DNA from: Escherichia phage radambza
Direction: 5' to 3' (one strand)
Sequence record: MN850639.1
DNA length: 64,000 nt
Positions 45,090 through 54,917 of this stretch are shown here, piece by piece. The notes under the pieces are model-generated. The model was not told the origin of the DNA. It was given only the letters and a program-made list of their open reading frames with translations, and did not search any database. Every line of letters begins with the position of its first letter. Positions within the stretch are counted from its first letter, which is position 1. Made by a program: the position numbers and the translations under genes.

Positions 45090-45217
45090 TGGTATGCCTC
45101 TTATAAGACCTCTTAAAAGGCTTTTAAGATAAAAGATAGATATCCAGAAAGATATCTGTTTAAATAGCCTTTTTAGAGGAACCTTTTAAGTTATCTTCTA
45201 AGTATTTATAAGCCTAC

Positions 45218-45240
45218 ACCTTGTCAAGTACTTTGTCAAC
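45218..45240 (+). promoter_or_regulatory. second copy of the motif (ACCTTGTCAAGTACTTTGTCAAC)
   Basis: 22 of 23 identical to the 4195 copy; sits in the divergent region before the rightward operon. Confidence 0.5.
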
Positions 45241-45338
45241 AACTTTTTTAACTTGCAATAGTTCTTGACTTGTTGTATGGATTACTGTACCATCTTACTT
45301 AAAGCTGTAGGTCTGCCTTGTTCTACAAAGGAGACTTA

Positions 45339-45500
45339 ATGAGAAAATCAAATAAACCGAAGAAAGGTAAGAATACCAATCACTGTAAGGAATCAAAAAG
45401 GGTAGAATTAATCTACTATTCATCCTCTGAAATTGGTCTGTACCTGTTCTTTCAAAATTACAGAAGACAAGAGGATTATCTATGTGTAGTTCCCAATTAG
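45339..45500 (+). CDS. hypothetical small protein (53 aa)
   Basis: Track ORF uses TTG at 45318; ATG 45339 behind RBS AAGGAGA. Confidence 0.4.
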   Translation: MRKSNKPKKGKNTNHCKESKRVELIYYSSSEIGLYLFFQNYRRQEDYLCVVPN

Positions 45501-45715
45501 AAATCGCAGATATTATAGATTTATATCAAACTGCAAAGAGTCATGGCTATATAACCTCAATTGGAAAGAATAGTCACTATGATGCTTTGACTGGAATGTA
45601 TTTCAGGGCAATGGCTCAATCTAGTGAACAACACTTAGTGGTTTCTTCCAGTGAGTTTACTTCGTTTCTCTATTGCAGCAAAATTATAAATCGCAGGAGA
45701 ACTGAAAAATGTTAA
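45482..45715 (+). CDS. hypothetical protein (77 aa)
   Basis: ORF track, operon context. Confidence 0.4.
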   Translation: MCSSQLEIADIIDLYQTAKSHGYITSIGKNSHYDALTGMYFRAMAQSSEQHLVVSSSEFTSFLYCSKIINRRRTEKC

Positions 45716-46299
45716 CAGTAAGTTTTAATTACAATAGTGATGGCTCTGTATCAATTAACTCACCATATGCAAATGACCTACTTAAAGAGCTAGTCAATCA
45801 GTGTGAGAGGGGTCTTCACTATGTTCAAAATTCTTTTAAACAGAAGACTATTGCTAATAACTTGATGCGTGTAACAGTGACGGCATCGAATCCAAATTAT
45901 GACTTTGATAGTGAAAGTCCGTACTCATTAGTTGCGCTTGGAGAGAGCAGCCAATTCAAACTTGTTTGCCACGACTCAGAAACATTCCTTAAGGTATTTT
46001 CCAACCTTATTCATAATAATAAGTACAGCTACGTTGATGGTAGTGTAAATTTCTATCCAGCAAACTATACATGTTTGTTGGTTGATAATATGAGAAAAAG
46101 TAAGCAAGAGCCTACAGAGATTTCATTTGATGTGAACTCTAGTCCAGACGCAGAAATAAGTAAGAACTTTGATATGAGTTACGCATTGTCACTCAGTAAG
46201 AAATCCGAGTTCATTGATTATGTCAATGGATTTGGTTTTAAGTTTGATGAGAGTATGAATCTTAAAAAACTTAAGAACCTACTTAAGACCAAAGCTTAA
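45709..46299 (+). CDS. hypothetical protein (196 aa)
   Basis: ORF track, no recognised motif. Confidence 0.5.
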   Translation: MLTVSFNYNSDGSVSINSPYANDLLKELVNQCERGLHYVQNSFKQKTIANNLMRVTVTASNPNYDFDSESPYSLVALGESSQFKLVCHDSETFLKVFSNLIHNNKYSYVDGSVNFYPANYTCLLVDNMRKSKQEPTEISFDVNSSPDAEISKNFDMSYALSLSKKSEFIDYVNGFGFKFDESMNLKKLKNLLKTKA

Positions 46300-46346
46300 G
46301 TGTGAATAGGGGCTGATGCCCCTTTAACTATTTATAAGGATACTTA

Positions 46347-46718
46347 ATGAAAGCTAAGAGTGCAAAAGACTTTTATTGCTTCCTACAATCCTATATCAAT
46401 TCCGTGCAAAATGGTGAAAGGTACAACCTTAATGATGTTATCCCAACACCTTTGACATGGAGACTCAGCAAATGGCCTGAAGAAGATATTACACCAACAA
46501 TCGAACAGCGTACCTACAAACCTGAAATAAATATTCCAGATTCTGAGAACCTATTATATCCAATGTTCCATATTGTTGGACTTGGAAGATTCCTTATGGA
46601 TATCCAGTATGTAATTGGTAAAGGCTATAAGGTTAAAGGTATTGTTGTTGGTGATGTATCTCCGCATCACAAAGGTTATTTTAGACTAAACGCACATTTA
46701 GAGGCTAAAAAGAAATGA
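46347..46718 (+). CDS. hypothetical protein, paralog of the N-terminal domain of the next gene
   Basis: 123 aa; shares conserved blocks with residues 1-120 of the 46715 product. Confidence 0.5.
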   Translation: MKAKSAKDFYCFLQSYINSVQNGERYNLNDVIPTPLTWRLSKWPEEDITPTIEQRTYKPEINIPDSENLLYPMFHIVGLGRFLMDIQYVIGKGYKVKGIVVGDVSPHHKGYFRLNAHLEAKKK

Positions 46719-47596
46719 TTAAAGCAAAGACTTACCCAGACTTCAAAGAGTTTGTGAAGGGCTTCGTTGCGAACGTAAAGGCTGGTAAGAGATATGATTT
46801 TAGAACATATCAAGAGGCTATTTTACCACTTACCTATAGTTCGTATTGGCCTGAAGCTGATATTGCAGAAGTTAAGAAGTTTGACTACAAACCAGACTAC
46901 AAAGTTCCATTTAGTGATGAGTTGCTTTACAGCGTTGGTGCTCAAATGAGAACGTCTGACTTCTTCATGGACTTACAATATGCAATTATCAATGGTAAAG
47001 ACGTTGATACAGTTTATTGTGAATGGCTGGCAAGAGTTAAACCGTTCTCAATGTTGAATGCTAAGTTGAAGGATGCTATCAAGCCACCATCAATCACTCA
47101 GCAACCAACCAATCAAACAGTAAATGAAGGGGGTACACTTACCCTAAGCGTTATTGCAACTAATGCCACTGGATATCAATGGAAAAAGGATGGTGAGGAC
47201 ATCCCTAGTGCCAATTCTGCAACTTACACAAAACAGTCAGTAGCACCTTCTGACGCTGGTTCATACACTTGCGTTGTAACAGGTGCAGGTGGTTCTGTTA
47301 CTTCTAGCCCTGCAACAGTTACTGTGAATGCACTTCCGGTAATCACTCAGCAACCAACCAATCAAGAAATCACTGAAGGTGAGACCTTAACACTGAATGT
47401 TGTGGCAACAGGTGCGACAGGTTATCAGTGGAAGAAAGGTGAGGAAGTCATCCCAGACGCAACTGCTGCAACTTACACCAAAGAAGGTGCAACCGCTGCT
47501 GATGCAGGAAGCTACACCTGTGTAGTGACTGGCGCAGGTGGCTCTGTAACATCTAATGCGGCAACAGTTACAGTTAACCCAGCAGGGGAGGCATAA
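46715..47596 (+). CDS. protein with two tandem Ig-like domains
   Basis: 293 aa; two about 83 aa repeats (ITQQPTNQ...GYQWKK...ATYTK...DAGSYTCVVTGAGGSVTS..ATVTVN) resembling I-set Ig domains; ends at the endolysin start. Confidence 0.6.
   Translation: MIKAKTYPDFKEFVKGFVANVKAGKRYDFRTYQEAILPLTYSSYWPEADIAEVKKFDYKPDYKVPFSDELLYSVGAQMRTSDFFMDLQYAIINGKDVDTVYCEWLARVKPFSMLNAKLKDAIKPPSITQQPTNQTVNEGGTLTLSVIATNATGYQWKKDGEDIPSANSATYTKQSVAPSDAGSYTCVVTGAGGSVTSSPATVTVNALPVITQQPTNQEITEGETLTLNVVATGATGYQWKKGEEVIPDATAATYTKEGATAADAGSYTCVVTGAGGSVTSNAATVTVNPAGEA
47087..47584 (+). repeat. tandem duplication of about 249 bp inside the Ig-like gene
   Basis: Two consecutive copies (about 47087-47335 and 47336-47584) encoding the two Ig-like repeats. 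Confidence 0.6.
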
Positions 47597-48060
47597 TGCA
47601 ACTCTCAAGAAAAGGTTTAGAAGCTATTAAGTTCTTTGAAGGTCTGAAGTTAGAGGCTTACGAAGACTCTGCCGGAATCCCTACAATCGGGTATGGTACA
47701 ATCCGTATTGACGGAAAACCTGTTAAGATGGGTATGATAATTACTGCTGAACAAGCTGAACATTATCTTCTCGCAGATGTTGAAAAGTTTGTTACAGCAG
47801 TGAACAAAGCTATCAAGGTTCCAACTTCTCAGAACGAGTTTGATGCACTTGTAAGTGAAACATACAACATCGGCATCACAGCTATGCAGGATTCTACATT
47901 TATCAAGCGCCACAATGCTGGTAATAAGGTAGGTTGCGCAGAAGCTATGCAGTGGTGGAACAAGGTTACAGTCAAAGGTAAGAAGGTCACCTCAAACGGT
48001 CTGAAAAACAGACGTAGAATGGAAGCTGACATTTATCTTGACAGTGTATATCCAAAGTAA
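47596..48060 (+). CDS. endolysin, GH24 T4-type lysozyme
   Basis: Catalytic E-D-T triad context EGLKLEAYEDSAGIPTIGYGT; 154 aa. Confidence 0.8.
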   Translation: MQLSRKGLEAIKFFEGLKLEAYEDSAGIPTIGYGTIRIDGKPVKMGMIITAEQAEHYLLADVEKFVTAVNKAIKVPTSQNEFDALVSETYNIGITAMQDSTFIKRHNAGNKVGCAEAMQWWNKVTVKGKKVTSNGLKNRRRMEADIYLDSVYPK

Positions 48061-48070
48061 TATCTTCATA

Positions 48071-48092
48071 GGCTCCTTCGGGAGCCTTTTTT
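48071..48092 (+). terminator. rho-independent terminator
   Basis: GGCTCC-TTCG-GGAGCC hairpin followed by TTTTTT. Confidence 0.6.
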
Positions 48093-48111
48093 ATTTTCTA
48101 AGGAGAAAACT

Positions 48112-48510
48112 ATGAAGCTTTGGGCTAGTGACTTTGGGACTTTTAAGTACACTCGCAATGGTTCGCTTGTACGCATTGTCGGAAACAATGTGGTTTCAAG
48201 AGGCGACAAGGTGTATACACGGTTTACTGTAGAGCTTGTTGAACTGTCACCTATTGAGTCTGTGAACAATGGCCTGTTCAAGTTTGAGACTTACAATGTC
48301 AATGAGCATGGACAATTCAACCCTCTTGGCGAAAGTGGACTCGATATTATTTCAGAACACCCGTTGACAAAAGAGCAACTTGCAGGTTATTATAAAACTG
48401 TTCTTGAAAGGCAGTTAGCAACACATGAACAAGAAGCTAACTACCATTTACAACATTGCGAAATTTTAAGAGCAAAAATCGAACAAGCAGAGAGAGGTTT
48501 TTATGAATAA
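48112..48510 (+). CDS. hypothetical protein (132 aa)
   Basis: ORF track, RBS GGAGAA. Confidence 0.5.
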   Translation: MKLWASDFGTFKYTRNGSLVRIVGNNVVSRGDKVYTRFTVELVELSPIESVNNGLFKFETYNVNEHGQFNPLGESGLDIISEHPLTKEQLAGYYKTVLERQLATHEQEANYHLQHCEILRAKIEQAERGFYE

Positions 48511-48898
48511 TAACAGTCATATCCATGTTAAGGTTGATGTCAGCCGTTACAGCGAAAATGAGGAACTAGACCTGCAAGATGCTCTTCTATTTGAGAAGAA
48601 TGGTAATCTCCATTTGCATTTTGAAGGTACAAACACATATCTCCACAGATGTCGAGATGATGCAGATGGTTGCCCTGTTTTTGCTTGGTATAATTTAGAG
48701 TTTCCACTTTACGCAATCCACTACCCAGATGGTGGAGAAGACTGGACAACTCAATCAATCTTTGATGAGCTTAACGGTATTCCGGTTGAGCAGGAAGAAC
48801 AAGAGCCTGTTGAACTTACCTTCACCTTCGTCAAAGAAGAAACGGTTGGTGATTTGTCAGTAACTGAAGCTATTCAGGTAACACAGGTCATTTGCTAA
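48503..48898 (+). CDS. hypothetical protein (131 aa)
   Basis: ORF track, acidic. Confidence 0.5.
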   Translation: MNNNSHIHVKVDVSRYSENEELDLQDALLFEKNGNLHLHFEGTNTYLHRCRDDADGCPVFAWYNLEFPLYAIHYPDGGEDWTTQSIFDELNGIPVEQEEQEPVELTFTFVKEETVGDLSVTEAIQVTQVIC

Positions 48899-49191
48899 TG
48901 AGTAAAGTACAGGTTATTTTCCCTATTTGTGACTTCTCACTAGAGCGTGAACTTGACCTGTACGAAGAAATTACTGACGAAATCATCTGGTCTGTTGTAG
49001 AAGAGTCTATCAAGAAGCTGTATGGTGGCCTCTTAAACCCATCAAGTAAGAAGTTAAGCACTAAGCAAGTAGCTGACCCATATGTTTCATATGATGCCTA
49101 CAACAAACCTTTTGAGAATACCTGCTTTGACCTTATGGTAGGTAATAACAAAGTCAACTATTTCTTCGTCAGAGAGTTTAACGATGAGTAA
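48898..49191 (+). CDS. hypothetical protein (97 aa)
   Basis: Track start 48892 is TTG; ATG at 48898. Confidence 0.45.
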   Translation: MSKVQVIFPICDFSLERELDLYEEITDEIIWSVVEESIKKLYGGLLNPSSKKLSTKQVADPYVSYDAYNKPFENTCFDLMVGNNKVNYFFVREFNDE

Positions 49192-49528
49192 GCTCCATGT
49201 CACAGTGTACAAAAACTTCTCAGATATTAAAGAGTCTTTAACAAACAAGCTTGATATGCAACGTAAAAGGCTCTTTTTAATGTATGACATAGACAACTAC
49301 AACCATCCTAAAGAGTTTAACTATAAAGATGGTACAAAGATTGTCGAATTTGAAGATTCTGTAACGGTGTATGTCAAACATGACTTACCAGCAAAGTACA
49401 TAGGGATGTTAGAGTATTATATATTCAGGCATACAGGTATGCGTGGTGAATCTGTCAAGATATCTTCTATAGAAGTTTTTGAGAAACCTAACACACAACT
49501 TAAAAAGTATTTAATGAGGAAACTGTAA
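49184..49528 (+). CDS. hypothetical protein (114 aa)
   Basis: ORF track. Confidence 0.45.
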   Translation: MSKLHVTVYKNFSDIKESLTNKLDMQRKRLFLMYDIDNYNHPKEFNYKDGTKIVEFEDSVTVYVKHDLPAKYIGMLEYYIFRHTGMRGESVKISSIEVFEKPNTQLKKYLMRKL

Positions 49529-50118
49529 TGTCTGAAGAGCAACAGGATATTATCCCACAAGTAACATTAGTTCAACATTTTGGAAACATTGAAGGATGTG
49601 TTGCACTTTTTCAACCAAGTGTCAATTCTCCTGCAAAAGTTTGCAAGCTGACTATGAATGTTAATAACATTAGTGTCTGCCTTGTTGATGAAGTCCAGTA
49701 CTTCAAGTTCAATGACAGAGAAGTTGATGCTGCACTATTGAAGTATCGAGCAAGCCTCGAAAAAGACATTGACCATAAAGAGCTTGTCACATTGTTTGGT
49801 GACCTTCACAAGCTTCTTGAAAAGGTTATGAAGCGTACATACTACATGAACAATGGTTCAATTATCACCACCATGATTTCACCATGTATCTCTGAGCCAA
49901 TTTTAACTGATGATGGCGGGTACTATGTTGTAGCATCAGCAGATTCTGATTGGTGGATGAAAAATACAGCACTTAAGACGGTTATTGACGCTATTCGTGA
50001 GCATATCCCTTCATTCAGCCCGTGGAAAGGTAAAGGTGATGACTTTATCGCGTTGTTGAGTGAAGAAAGCAGCAAACGTAGTGCATTAATGCCTAAGAAA
50101 TACTCTTGCAGAGTATAA
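49528..50118 (+). CDS. hypothetical protein (196 aa)
   Basis: ORF track. Confidence 0.5.
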   Translation: MSEEQQDIIPQVTLVQHFGNIEGCVALFQPSVNSPAKVCKLTMNVNNISVCLVDEVQYFKFNDREVDAALLKYRASLEKDIDHKELVTLFGDLHKLLEKVMKRTYYMNNGSIITTMISPCISEPILTDDGGYYVVASADSDWWMKNTALKTVIDAIREHIPSFSPWKGKGDDFIALLSEESSKRSALMPKKYSCRV

Positions 50119-50180
50119 AATATTAGCTATAATGGGAGCTATCGAGAGGTAGTTCCCTTTTTAGTTTCTGGAGAATAGAA

Positions 50181-50726
50181 ATGCCTAAAGTAAAAGAACA
50201 CGATAAAATTATTTTGTATGTTAAACAGAACCCTTCTAAGAGTGTTGAGGCTGTTGTGACATATGTCTCACACAATGGCACAGTCTATTTTCGACCACTG
50301 AAGAACTTAGACTTTGACATAACACAAAGCTACACATTTAGTACCTCTGCTAGACTGTGTGCAGGGACTGTATACTCAACTTCTGAGATTGAGTCCTTAT
50401 CTTTCACAGGTGCTTACAAGAACTTTATCGGGATTGCTTTAAAGGACTCTGAAGAATCTTTTAAATTTTTCATGGAGACTAATAAAGGTTGCTACGCACA
50501 TGTTATGCCAGTCTATAAGAAAGTTGATACAGAACTTACCAGTAAGTGCGAAGAGATTAGTAGTGACCTGAAGGAGCGCAAAACAGCTATTCAGAATGCC
50601 ATTTACATCATTGAGAGGAACCATTTAGAAGTTCTTTTCAGAGATATGCTAAAAGCAGGGTTTACTCCAAACGAAATTACAAGAGAAACACAACGACAGT
50701 TCAGAAACGCTATGGTGAAAGAATGA
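50181..50726 (+). CDS. hypothetical protein (181 aa)
   Basis: ORF track, RBS GGAGAA. Confidence 0.5.
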   Translation: MPKVKEHDKIILYVKQNPSKSVEAVVTYVSHNGTVYFRPLKNLDFDITQSYTFSTSARLCAGTVYSTSEIESLSFTGAYKNFIGIALKDSEESFKFFMETNKGCYAHVMPVYKKVDTELTSKCEEISSDLKERKTAIQNAIYIIERNHLEVLFRDMLKAGFTPNEITRETQRQFRNAMVKE

Positions 50727-50941
50727 AAAAGTTAACTACAGTTGAAGATTACTACAAACTATCCCTGTTAGAGCAGTATCGCAGAAGCCAGAGTATCAGA
50801 AAATGCTATGGTAAACACGCTGAAGGTGACTTTTACCGTTGTTACGATGCAGATTTAAAAGGTGTAACACCTAGAGGGAAAGTCCTGCAAAGACTTGTTG
50901 ACCTTGAGTGGAACAAACGATTGAGAGGGGTTGGAAAATGA
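50723..50941 (+). CDS. hypothetical protein (72 aa)
   Basis: ORF track. Confidence 0.4.
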   Translation: MKKLTTVEDYYKLSLLEQYRRSQSIRKCYGKHAEGDFYRCYDADLKGVTPRGKVLQRLVDLEWNKRLRGVGK

Positions 50942-51441
50942 TTTACGAAGAAAGATACAAGATAGACTATCAGAAGACTGGTCATCATACTTCACTAAGA
51001 GTAACCAAACCAAATGGGGATACTGGTATCATAGCACATTTTGGTGGTGATTATTGGTACGGTACAGGTTGCTTTGAAGGCTACACTCAAGAATACTTGA
51101 AAGCTTTCTACAGAGACTTTACAAATGACTACAACAGGGTTGTTGAAGAGAAGAATAGGTGCATTAAGCATGAATACCATGCCAGAGGTTGTCTGAATAT
51201 TGTTATGATACTAGTGTTCTTCTTAGCAACATTGATAGCCGTATCGTCAATCAGCTACATAGCTCAAGACTTGACCATTACACAGATTACTGCAAAGGTA
51301 CATGATGTTTGGTACTTGTATGCTGTTCCTTTAGCTGGTATCATCATCTCACTAATGAGGTTCAGAGTTCATAAGAAACGACTTAAGGACTCTGAAGTTA
51401 AACTTGAAGAGGTAAGTAAAGAATGCAACCTACAATTATAG
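50938..51441 (+). CDS. hypothetical membrane protein
   Basis: Track start 50908 is GTG; ATG 50938 behind GAGAGGGG; two predicted TM helices. Confidence 0.45.
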   Translation: MIYEERYKIDYQKTGHHTSLRVTKPNGDTGIIAHFGGDYWYGTGCFEGYTQEYLKAFYRDFTNDYNRVVEEKNRCIKHEYHARGCLNIVMILVFFLATLIAVSSISYIAQDLTITQITAKVHDVWYLYAVPLAGIIISLMRFRVHKKRLKDSEVKLEEVSKECNLQL

Positions 51442-51495
51442 CTGTATGTGTTCGTTTTGCAATCGCTGAAATGATTAACAAGGCAATCTTAAAAG

Positions 51496-51741
51496 ATGCC
51501 TATGGAGAGACTAAGAATGATTAAGACACCTGTACCAATTTTTGGATTTCCTTCTATAGAAGAGTTCAAAGTTTATCTTGACAAAAACTTCTACAACGAG
51601 CAGCCTGTTACTTTGCTGAAGAGTGACTTATCAGAGCTTCTTGATATGGTTATCAAGGCAACTCCTGAGAAGGAACCTGAGCAGAAAGCTGAGAAGAAGA
51701 CTAGTAAGAAATCTGATAAGAAGACTGAAAAGTCTGAGTAG
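51496..51741 (+). CDS. hypothetical protein (81 aa)
   Basis: Lys/Glu-rich C-terminus. Confidence 0.4.
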   Translation: MPMERLRMIKTPVPIFGFPSIEEFKVYLDKNFYNEQPVTLLKSDLSELLDMVIKATPEKEPEQKAEKKTSKKSDKKTEKSE

Positions 51742-51794
51742 TAACTTGAGGGGTTACTTGATAGCCCCTTTGTAGAAACTTAGAAGGTAGCGAA

Positions 51795-52217
51795 ATGAAA
51801 GAGCTTATTGGTAAAAGATTGACAGTTTACTGCTCTAAAACAAAGAAACCACTCACTTCTGTGAAGGTATTTGATGTTGACGACACTGGTGTAGAGTATC
51901 CAATCCAATGCACAATAATTACTCCATTCAATGCAGATGATATGGATTTTAAAGAGTGTGAAGTGATATCTTTTAATGCTGATGGGTATTGGAGAGGTAA
52001 GTTAAACAAACAATCGAAAGATTTTGATATGCAAATCCTCATCAATGAAGGATATATCGGTGTAAAAGATATCCTTGTAGAAGCCTATGAAGAAGGTATA
52101 ATAGATGTTGTGCATGATGTTGAAGAAGCTTTAAAGCTCATTATGCCACATTTAGAATCTGGAAAGCTGACTTTAGAGATGCTTAATAGGGTTATTCGGA
52201 GAGCTTATGAAAATTAA
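51795..52217 (+). CDS. hypothetical protein (140 aa)
   Basis: ORF track. Confidence 0.5.
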   Translation: MKELIGKRLTVYCSKTKKPLTSVKVFDVDDTGVEYPIQCTIITPFNADDMDFKECEVISFNADGYWRGKLNKQSKDFDMQILINEGYIGVKDILVEAYEEGIIDVVHDVEEALKLIMPHLESGKLTLEMLNRVIRRAYEN

Positions 52218-52671
52218 AGAAGTCGTTCAAAAAGCCATGCTTAACAATTCAACTAAACATGAAATGTACATAGAGATTTGTGATAAGCTGAATTGTTCAA
52301 GACATGCTGCTAAGGTTCTTGTAAGTTGCTTTATCTGGGAATGCTCAGAAGCTTATATGCAATATGTAGCGTTTGAAAGTTCTCACTTACTAGGTGATGT
52401 AGAAGCTGGTGAGAAGCTAAAAGAACCTGAAGTGAAAACAGTCCCTAAAGTTGGTAATGTATACCGTCTTAAAGACTTCAAGACTGGAAAGATTGTTGCA
52501 AAAGGTGTAGTAGAATCTGTCTATCATGATGGTAAATACCTACTTAAAATATTTGAGTATGACAGCCACTATACGCACTTATGTGGGATTACATTCTTAG
52601 TAACAGAAGAAGACCTTATTAAGAACAACAGCAACAAGTTTGCAGTACCAGCCTACCAAGTTTTACGATAA
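52207..52671 (+). CDS. hypothetical protein (154 aa)
   Basis: ORF track. Confidence 0.5.
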   Translation: MKIKEVVQKAMLNNSTKHEMYIEICDKLNCSRHAAKVLVSCFIWECSEAYMQYVAFESSHLLGDVEAGEKLKEPEVKTVPKVGNVYRLKDFKTGKIVAKGVVESVYHDGKYLLKIFEYDSHYTHLCGITFLVTEEDLIKNNSNKFAVPAYQVLR

Positions 52672-52684
52672 TGGTGTGATAGCT

Positions 52685-53233
52685 ATGGAAAAAGATAACT
52701 TAAAAGAAGTTGAAGGTAACTACTTAGTACTTGACTGGAAGGATGTTCGGGAAGCACTCTCCGAAGAAAATCTTGACTGGTTCGAACAAATTATCTTTGC
52801 AGTACGGCATAACCGAGAAGTTGAAAATGGTAAAGAGCCACTTGAAGGAATCTTTGTAGAAAGGTCTTATCCATTCTATGAAGACACTTTGCAGAAAGTT
52901 AAGATGTACTTTAAACAGAAGAACCGTAAAGTGGTCACTATGGTATCTCTTGGTGGACAGAGTATGTCTGTGATGGAAGATATCAACCCTAAGAGACCAA
53001 GTAAGGGTGTCTGTATAAAAATCACAGGTCATGAAGAGTACATCTCAGCAAGTGATTTTAGTGTGTTCTGTAATGGTTCTGCTGTCTTTAATGGGTTTCA
53101 CTATGATATCCGAGTGTACCCAATCAAGGGAGATGATATCATGATGCAGATATTCGATAACAATAATGGGTTCACTCATTTTTACCAGACAACTAAGTCA
53201 TCCTTGAAGACAGTTTTAGAAAGCCTGATTTAA
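52685..53233 (+). CDS. hypothetical protein (182 aa)
   Basis: Track start 52640 is TTG; first in-frame ATG at 52685. Confidence 0.45.
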   Translation: MEKDNLKEVEGNYLVLDWKDVREALSEENLDWFEQIIFAVRHNREVENGKEPLEGIFVERSYPFYEDTLQKVKMYFKQKNRKVVTMVSLGGQSMSVMEDINPKRPSKGVCIKITGHEEYISASDFSVFCNGSAVFNGFHYDIRVYPIKGDDIMMQIFDNNNGFTHFYQTTKSSLKTVLESLI

Positions 53234-53244
53234 AATATCTTAAG

Positions 53245-53276
53245 AGCCTCCTTAATTGGGGGCTTTTTAATTTTTA
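53245..53276 (+). terminator. rho-independent terminator ending the rightward operon
   Basis: AGCCTCC-TTAATT-GGGGGCT hairpin followed by TTTTTAATTTTT. Confidence 0.55.
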
Positions 53277-54659
53277 TAAAATTTTATCGGTTGTTCCAAC
53301 CTCTGGGTCACCATCACATGTGAATAAAATATCTACCCTTCTTAACAACCTTCTTAAGCTTACTCTCTATATATAGTTATATAGTACTATATAGTATCTT
53401 AGTATCTATCTAGTGGTCTTAATAGCCCCTCTGTATAAACCTTCTAAACACTCTTCTAACAAGCCTTCTTAACAACCTATACAATCACCTTAACCATCCC
53501 TCTACACCCTCTTAGAAGCTCCTATACACCTCTTAATCTCTATGTCAGCTATGTTACCCTCTATAGGTGTTCACTAGGTATTACTAAACCTCTATATAGA
53601 CTGTTTTAACAAACTTAACAGGAATATCTTTACAGACCTTATCTCACAAGGTCTAACACGGTACTAACAAGGTATCTTATAAGCCTGTTATTACCTGTAT
53701 TTTTAAAAGGCTGTATAGGTAATTATTCAGAATCTTAAAATTTTTATAAAATAGGACTATCAAGTCATTTTTTAGGGTCTTTGAAGGAACTGAAAAATAT
53801 CTGTAGAGGATGTATATCTGCTTGGTAGCCCTTAACAGCTCCCTTACAAGTACTTTGCAAAATTTTAAAATATCCTTAACAATCTCTTAACAGTTCTCAC
53901 ATCTTCTTAACAACTCTTCAAAGGTCTTAACAGTTTCTTAACAGAACTAACAAGGGCTTAACAGTTTTCTAGGGATTGGTAACAATACCAATTAACAAGT
54001 GCTGAATAGTCTTTACAGAGGCTTAACAGATGACTAACAAGAGCTAACAAGTTAATTTTAAAGAGTTATTTTGTTAAGATAATTAACAAGTTCCTAACAA
54101 GTGTTTAATCTTTTTAACAAGCTGTTAACATGGTCACTACTCTTTTCTTATCGTTCCCTTTCCTTTCTTAGTGATTCTTTAAACATACCTCTTAAAAGCT
54201 CTGTATAGCTCTGCATAACCCCTTTTAAGTCTCTTCCTAGTATCTACAGCCCAACTATACAGACACCTCTTTATAAGGCTTTACAGAAGCTTTAAAGGCT
54301 ATGTCAAAGACTCTTACAAGGCTTTTACGTGGTCTTAACAGAGATTTAACAAGGGGCTAACAAGTTGCTAACAAGTGCCTTAAAAGCATAACTATGTAGG
54401 ATTTGTTAAGAAATTGTTAAGAAAATGTTAAGGGGGCTAGCATTTACGTAACTTTTAAGCTACTTCAAAGTAACTTTTAAGCCCCTATAACATACTTTAA
54501 GACACTAACAAGCCCTTTTTAGTTATTCACAAGATAGCTAACGAGATGATAAAGCTTACACCCTTATAAGATTCTTTTAAGGCTCTGGGAAGCTCTAGGA
54601 AGGGCTTTTTAGAGTGGGTTAATATGATTGCTTAAGTTAGGTTGATAAGGCTGTTATAG

Positions 54660-54689
54660 AGCGTTTTAGAGCGTTTTAGAGCGTTTTAG
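54660..54689. repeat. tandem repeat (GAGCGTTTTA) x3
   Basis: Three exact adjacent 10-mers inside the heptamer-repeat region. Confidence 0.7.
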
Positions 54690-54853
54690 TGGTTGCCCTT
54701 CCCTTTCGGGTTATGGGCTTACATTTAAGGGAAAGATTAAGTTGATTTGATAAAAGGCTATAGAGTAGACTATAGAGTTATTGCTTTTTAAGGTCTGGTA
54801 AAGTTCTGACTTGTTAGGTGGGTTTTAAGATTCTGGAAAGGAATTTGATAGAC

Positions 54854-54879
54854 GTAAAAAAAGCCCCATTTAAGGGGCT
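54854..54879 (-). terminator. rho-independent terminator ending the leftward small-gene array
   Basis: On the minus strand AGCCCC-TTAAAT-GGGGCT followed by TTTTTTT. Confidence 0.55.
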
Positions 54880-54917
54880 GTAAAGGTATCTGGGGCTATT
54901 TAGCCCCGTTGCGGCGT

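Larger units (their letters stand above)
53234..54908. repeat. 1.7 kb ORF-free region dense in CTTAACA/CTAACAAG heptamers
   Basis: More than 30 copies of TTAACA(G/A) or TAACAAG (and reverse complement TGTTAAG) in both orientations; tandem GAGCGTTTTA x3 at 54660-54689; lies between convergent terminators. Confidence 0.6.

Noticed and set aside
54660-54689. Tandem GAGCGTTTTA x3 as a possible CRISPR array
   Set aside because: Repeats are 10 bp with no spacers and no cas genes; a simple tandem repeat.
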